From: a virus
Lineage: Duplodnaviria; Caudoviricetes
Reading direction: 5' to 3' (one strand)
DNA length: 58,779 bases
IMG/VR virus record: IMGVR_UViG_3300032006_001933
Span: 1-58,779 of that record
The translations under genes were made by a program, and so were the position numbers. The notes under the pieces are model-generated. The model had not been told where the DNA came from. It was given only the letters and a program-made list of their open reading frames with translations, and ran no database searches. Shown in pieces: positions 56,428 to 58,779 of this stretch (within the stretch, counting starts at the first letter, position 1; each line of letters starts with the position of its first letter).

Positions 56428-57244
56428 TTTCTTTTTCCGTTATCTCAAGTAACTGAGCTCCTGAACTAGGAGGAAGTCCTTTTTGTATTCTTTCGTTTAC
56501 CTCATCAGTTAACCTTTTAATTCGCATTTCATTTCTTGCAAATAATTCAAGAGCTAACTTTAATACTTGTTCTTGTTGTTCACCTTCTAATTGGAAAACA
56601 GCATCCATGTTACCTATACCTGGTCTACCATATGCAATCCAATCTAGTGCGGTTTGCTTTGCCATACGATATGTCCAGTGTTCGTATTCTAATTCTTCAC
56701 ATATTTTTTCATCATCAAGTACATCTATTAATAATCTACCATCTTTATATTTGCCTTGTGGCGATTCGTTAAATTCTCTTATTAACCTTAAAAAACTATT
56801 TCTTTCTTTTTGAACTTGTCTTAAGTTAATTTTATATTGTTTTAATTTATTATTTGCTTCTGTAACTTCTAATTGTAATAATCTAAACTCATAACTTTCG
56901 GGTTCTAATTTTCTACATTCCTTTAAATCTCTTTCCATTTCAAGATCTAATTTTGATATTTGATACTCATTATGCTCTACTAAATTTTGTCTTGATTGTA
57001 CTTCTAATAGATATTGTTTAATTTTTTGGTAAGGAGTAATTTGAGCACTACCTACAAAATTTTTTGCTTTAAAAAACGGTATGCTATTATTAGTATGTAA
57101 AGAATGAGTAATCCATTGTTTTTCTTCTTCAGGTAAATCTTTTGTATTTGTTGAACTTGCTAAAAGTCCATCTATTAATTCTTTATATGATATTACTCCG
57201 TGTTCTGCCCACTGGTCTTCTTTGTGATTATCGTTTTCGTACAT
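56363..57244 (-). CDS. Coiled-coil hypothetical protein of the fibre cassette
   Basis: Start MYENDN after a strong RBS AAGGAG; QITPYQKIKQYLLEVQSR, long helical segment, EHWTYRMAKQTALD...GIGNMDAV. Confidence 0.75.
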   Translation of the reverse strand: MYENDNHKEDQWAEHGVISYKELIDGLLASSTNTKDLPEEEKQWITHSLHTNNSIPFFKAKNFVGSAQITPYQKIKQYLLEVQSRQNLVEHNEYQISKLDLEMERDLKECRKLEPESYEFRLLQLEVTEANNKLKQYKINLRQVQKERNSFLRLIREFNESPQGKYKDGRLLIDVLDDEKICEELEYEHWTYRMAKQTALDWIAYGRPGIGNMDAVFQLEGEQQEQVLKLALELFARNEMRIKRLTDEVNERIQKGLPPSSGAQLLEITEKENVRNIQGRNTPRITEHDPTDW

Positions 57245-57257
57245 ATCTCCTTTTTTA

Positions 57258-58307
57258 TTAGCCTTTCCACGCACCATGCCCTGATGAAGCACCTGGTACT
57301 CCTGTTCGTAATGACCCTGATCCTAATTCCCAACCAGTGTCTGTATGATAATAATATTTCCAACCTCTATTATTTTGAAGGCCGTCATACATGCTTATCA
57401 TATATTGCCAATCTTGGCCCATATCAAAATTTTCTTCGCCACAATTTCCAATAGGTTTAGATACAGTACCATTATGACTTTCTGTATAATAATCCCATCG
57501 CCTTAAATTATAACCACCGCTATAAGATCCTTCATTACCTGCATATCCTCTACCTATTTTAGAACAAATACCTTTTTGCTGTCCGTGTGCCGCCCAATGT
57601 GATCCGCTATTTCTAGCATCAAATGTTACAACAGATGTATCTGTATCATATATTGCACATCTACCCCAACTATTGTCCCAAATCATTCCTTTTGTTTCAC
57701 CACTAAACGCAGATGAACTATCAGAAGTATTCCAAGTAAAACCATTTGTATATTGTGCTGAAGAATACATTGTTTCTGTAGTCAAATTATGTGTATCGGT
57801 ATAATTACTACCGCCTGATGCAATGTATGCAAAATAATGTTCTTTAAAACAAGAACCAGCATCCCCTCTACCTGTAGTCATATTCATAGTACCGCCATAA
57901 CTAGCATTTGTTTCGGTAGTCATATTCATTGCTACTGTTTGAGCAGAATATCCCGGATGATTATTATCAGACGAATACAACCATGCCTTCGTTAAACTAC
58001 ACGATCCTGTTGTGTATGATCCTGCATAAGATAATAAATCACCTAAGTTTGAACATGTATCAGTAGAATGGTTCATTCTGGCTACATTTTTCCAAGGAGT
58101 ACCGTCTTTATATCCACCCAATACATAACCAGTAGTAATAATTGTTCGATACTTGTAAGCATTGCCGTCTGCTTTTTCACCTACCGGATACCAAAAACTA
58201 TCAGTATAAACTTCTAGTATGTTTTTATCTGTGTTAAAAATTACTTGGCCTTCTACTGGAGTAGTTGGCCTGGCTGAGGTACCATATCCTCTATGTTTAA
58301 TAGACAT
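57258..58307 (-). CDS. Virion or tail-associated protein with kelch-like propeller repeats
   Basis: N-terminal SARPTTPVEGQVIFNTD (fibre attachment-type motif); GYVLGGY, AYIASGG and GYAGNEG blades; rich in Gly, Ser, Tyr and Trp. Confidence 0.65.
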   Translation of the reverse strand: MSIKHRGYGTSARPTTPVEGQVIFNTDKNILEVYTDSFWYPVGEKADGNAYKYRTIITTGYVLGGYKDGTPWKNVARMNHSTDTCSNLGDLLSYAGSYTTGSCSLTKAWLYSSDNNHPGYSAQTVAMNMTTETNASYGGTMNMTTGRGDAGSCFKEHYFAYIASGGSNYTDTHNLTTETMYSSAQYTNGFTWNTSDSSSAFSGETKGMIWDNSWGRCAIYDTDTSVVTFDARNSGSHWAAHGQQKGICSKIGRGYAGNEGSYSGGYNLRRWDYYTESHNGTVSKPIGNCGEENFDMGQDWQYMISMYDGLQNNRGWKYYYHTDTGWELGSGSLRTGVPGASSGHGAWKG

Positions 58308-58308
58308 A

Positions 58309-58779
58309 TTATACTTCCTCTAACATTATTTTGTAGCGTTTCCCATTACTTCTATTTATTAAATACATACTTTCGTCTCCCTCCTGCATGACCCAAGAAC
58401 CTTTGGTTCCGTCTATTTCGTTACCGGGCCTATCAGCTCTATCATTCGACATAATTAAGTCAGCGGTACTAATATCATCACAAGTTATGTCACCACAAGT
58501 TATGTCATTACAACCTAAATCACCTGTGGTTGTAACATTACCTGCATACATGTGAAAATGACCATCTCTGTCAATTTTAAATTTATCAGCAACATTTCCT
58601 AAATTATGTTGTGTTCCGAATACTAAATCCATACCATCTGCTAAACTAACAGGACGAATTGCTTTTATATATGCTCCAACACCTGATGCTCCTGCGGCAG
58701 AATGTCTAAACTGCATTTGTACAGTTCTTTCGGCAGTATTATCTCCGGTATTTTCCATTACTACATTTAAGTCTGTAGT
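58309..58779 (-). CDS. Tail-fibre protein, C-terminal part (5' end probably outside the window)
   Basis: DLVFGT...KFKIDRDG fibre repeat, DITCGDITCDD, then ISTADLIMSND...GNEIDGTKGSWVMQEG...INRSNGKRYKIMLEEV. Confidence 0.7.
   Translation of the reverse strand, partial: TTDLNVVMENTGDNTAERTVQMQFRHSAAGASGVGAYIKAIRPVSLADGMDLVFGTQHNLGNVADKFKIDRDGHFHMYAGNVTTTGDLGCNDITCGDITCDDISTADLIMSNDRADRPGNEIDGTKGSWVMQEGDESMYLINRSNGKRYKIMLEEV

Noticed and set aside
50910-58510. Diversity-generating retroelement template/variable repeat pair
   Set aside because: Differences between the two copies are not confined to adenines, both copies are coding, and no reverse transcriptase is in the window.
1-58779. Alternative genetic code (stop-codon reassignment)
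   Set aside because: Genes tile densely under the standard code; TAG (3140, 19679) and TGA (46733, 49382, 49987) fall at natural gene junctions.

Overview
AT-rich fragment of a large T4-like (probably jumbo) myovirus genome. I found no rRNA, tRNA, CRISPR array, integrase or transposase, and all calls come from motif recognition by eye with no database search. The window has three blocks. (1) From 44600 down to the left edge is an unbroken minus-strand run of about 44.6 kb. It starts with baseplate and tail genes: gp25-like, gp6-like wedge, a 4066-aa mosaic structural protein, and a 1599-aa fibre with a C-terminal autocleaving chaperone. It continues directly into a roughly 20-kb, tightly overlapping enzyme cluster. 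That cluster has three GT-A glycosyltransferase-like genes, seven radical SAM enzymes with an N-terminal twitch-type Fe-S module, one cobalamin-dependent radical SAM enzyme and three sulfotransferase-fold domains (one fused to a radical SAM enzyme). It also has a PLP enzyme, an SGNH-like protein and a methyltransferase. (2) 44737-50913 on the plus strand holds small early or accessory genes behind two consensus sigma70 promoters, including prs, an ATP-grasp-like gene, an S4-like mini-protein and two tandem lipoproteins. (3) 50910 to the right edge on the minus strand is a tail-fibre cassette carrying a U32-family Fe-S enzyme fused to a methyltransferase, two 2OG-Fe(II) oxygenases and a transporter-like protein, bracketed by two copies of the same fibre C-terminal module. 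The best candidate for an undescribed system is the eight-radical-SAM, glycosyltransferase and sulfotransferase cluster, which I infer builds and tailors a glycan on the virion. The U32/2OG fibre cassette looks like a second, independent virion-modification module.
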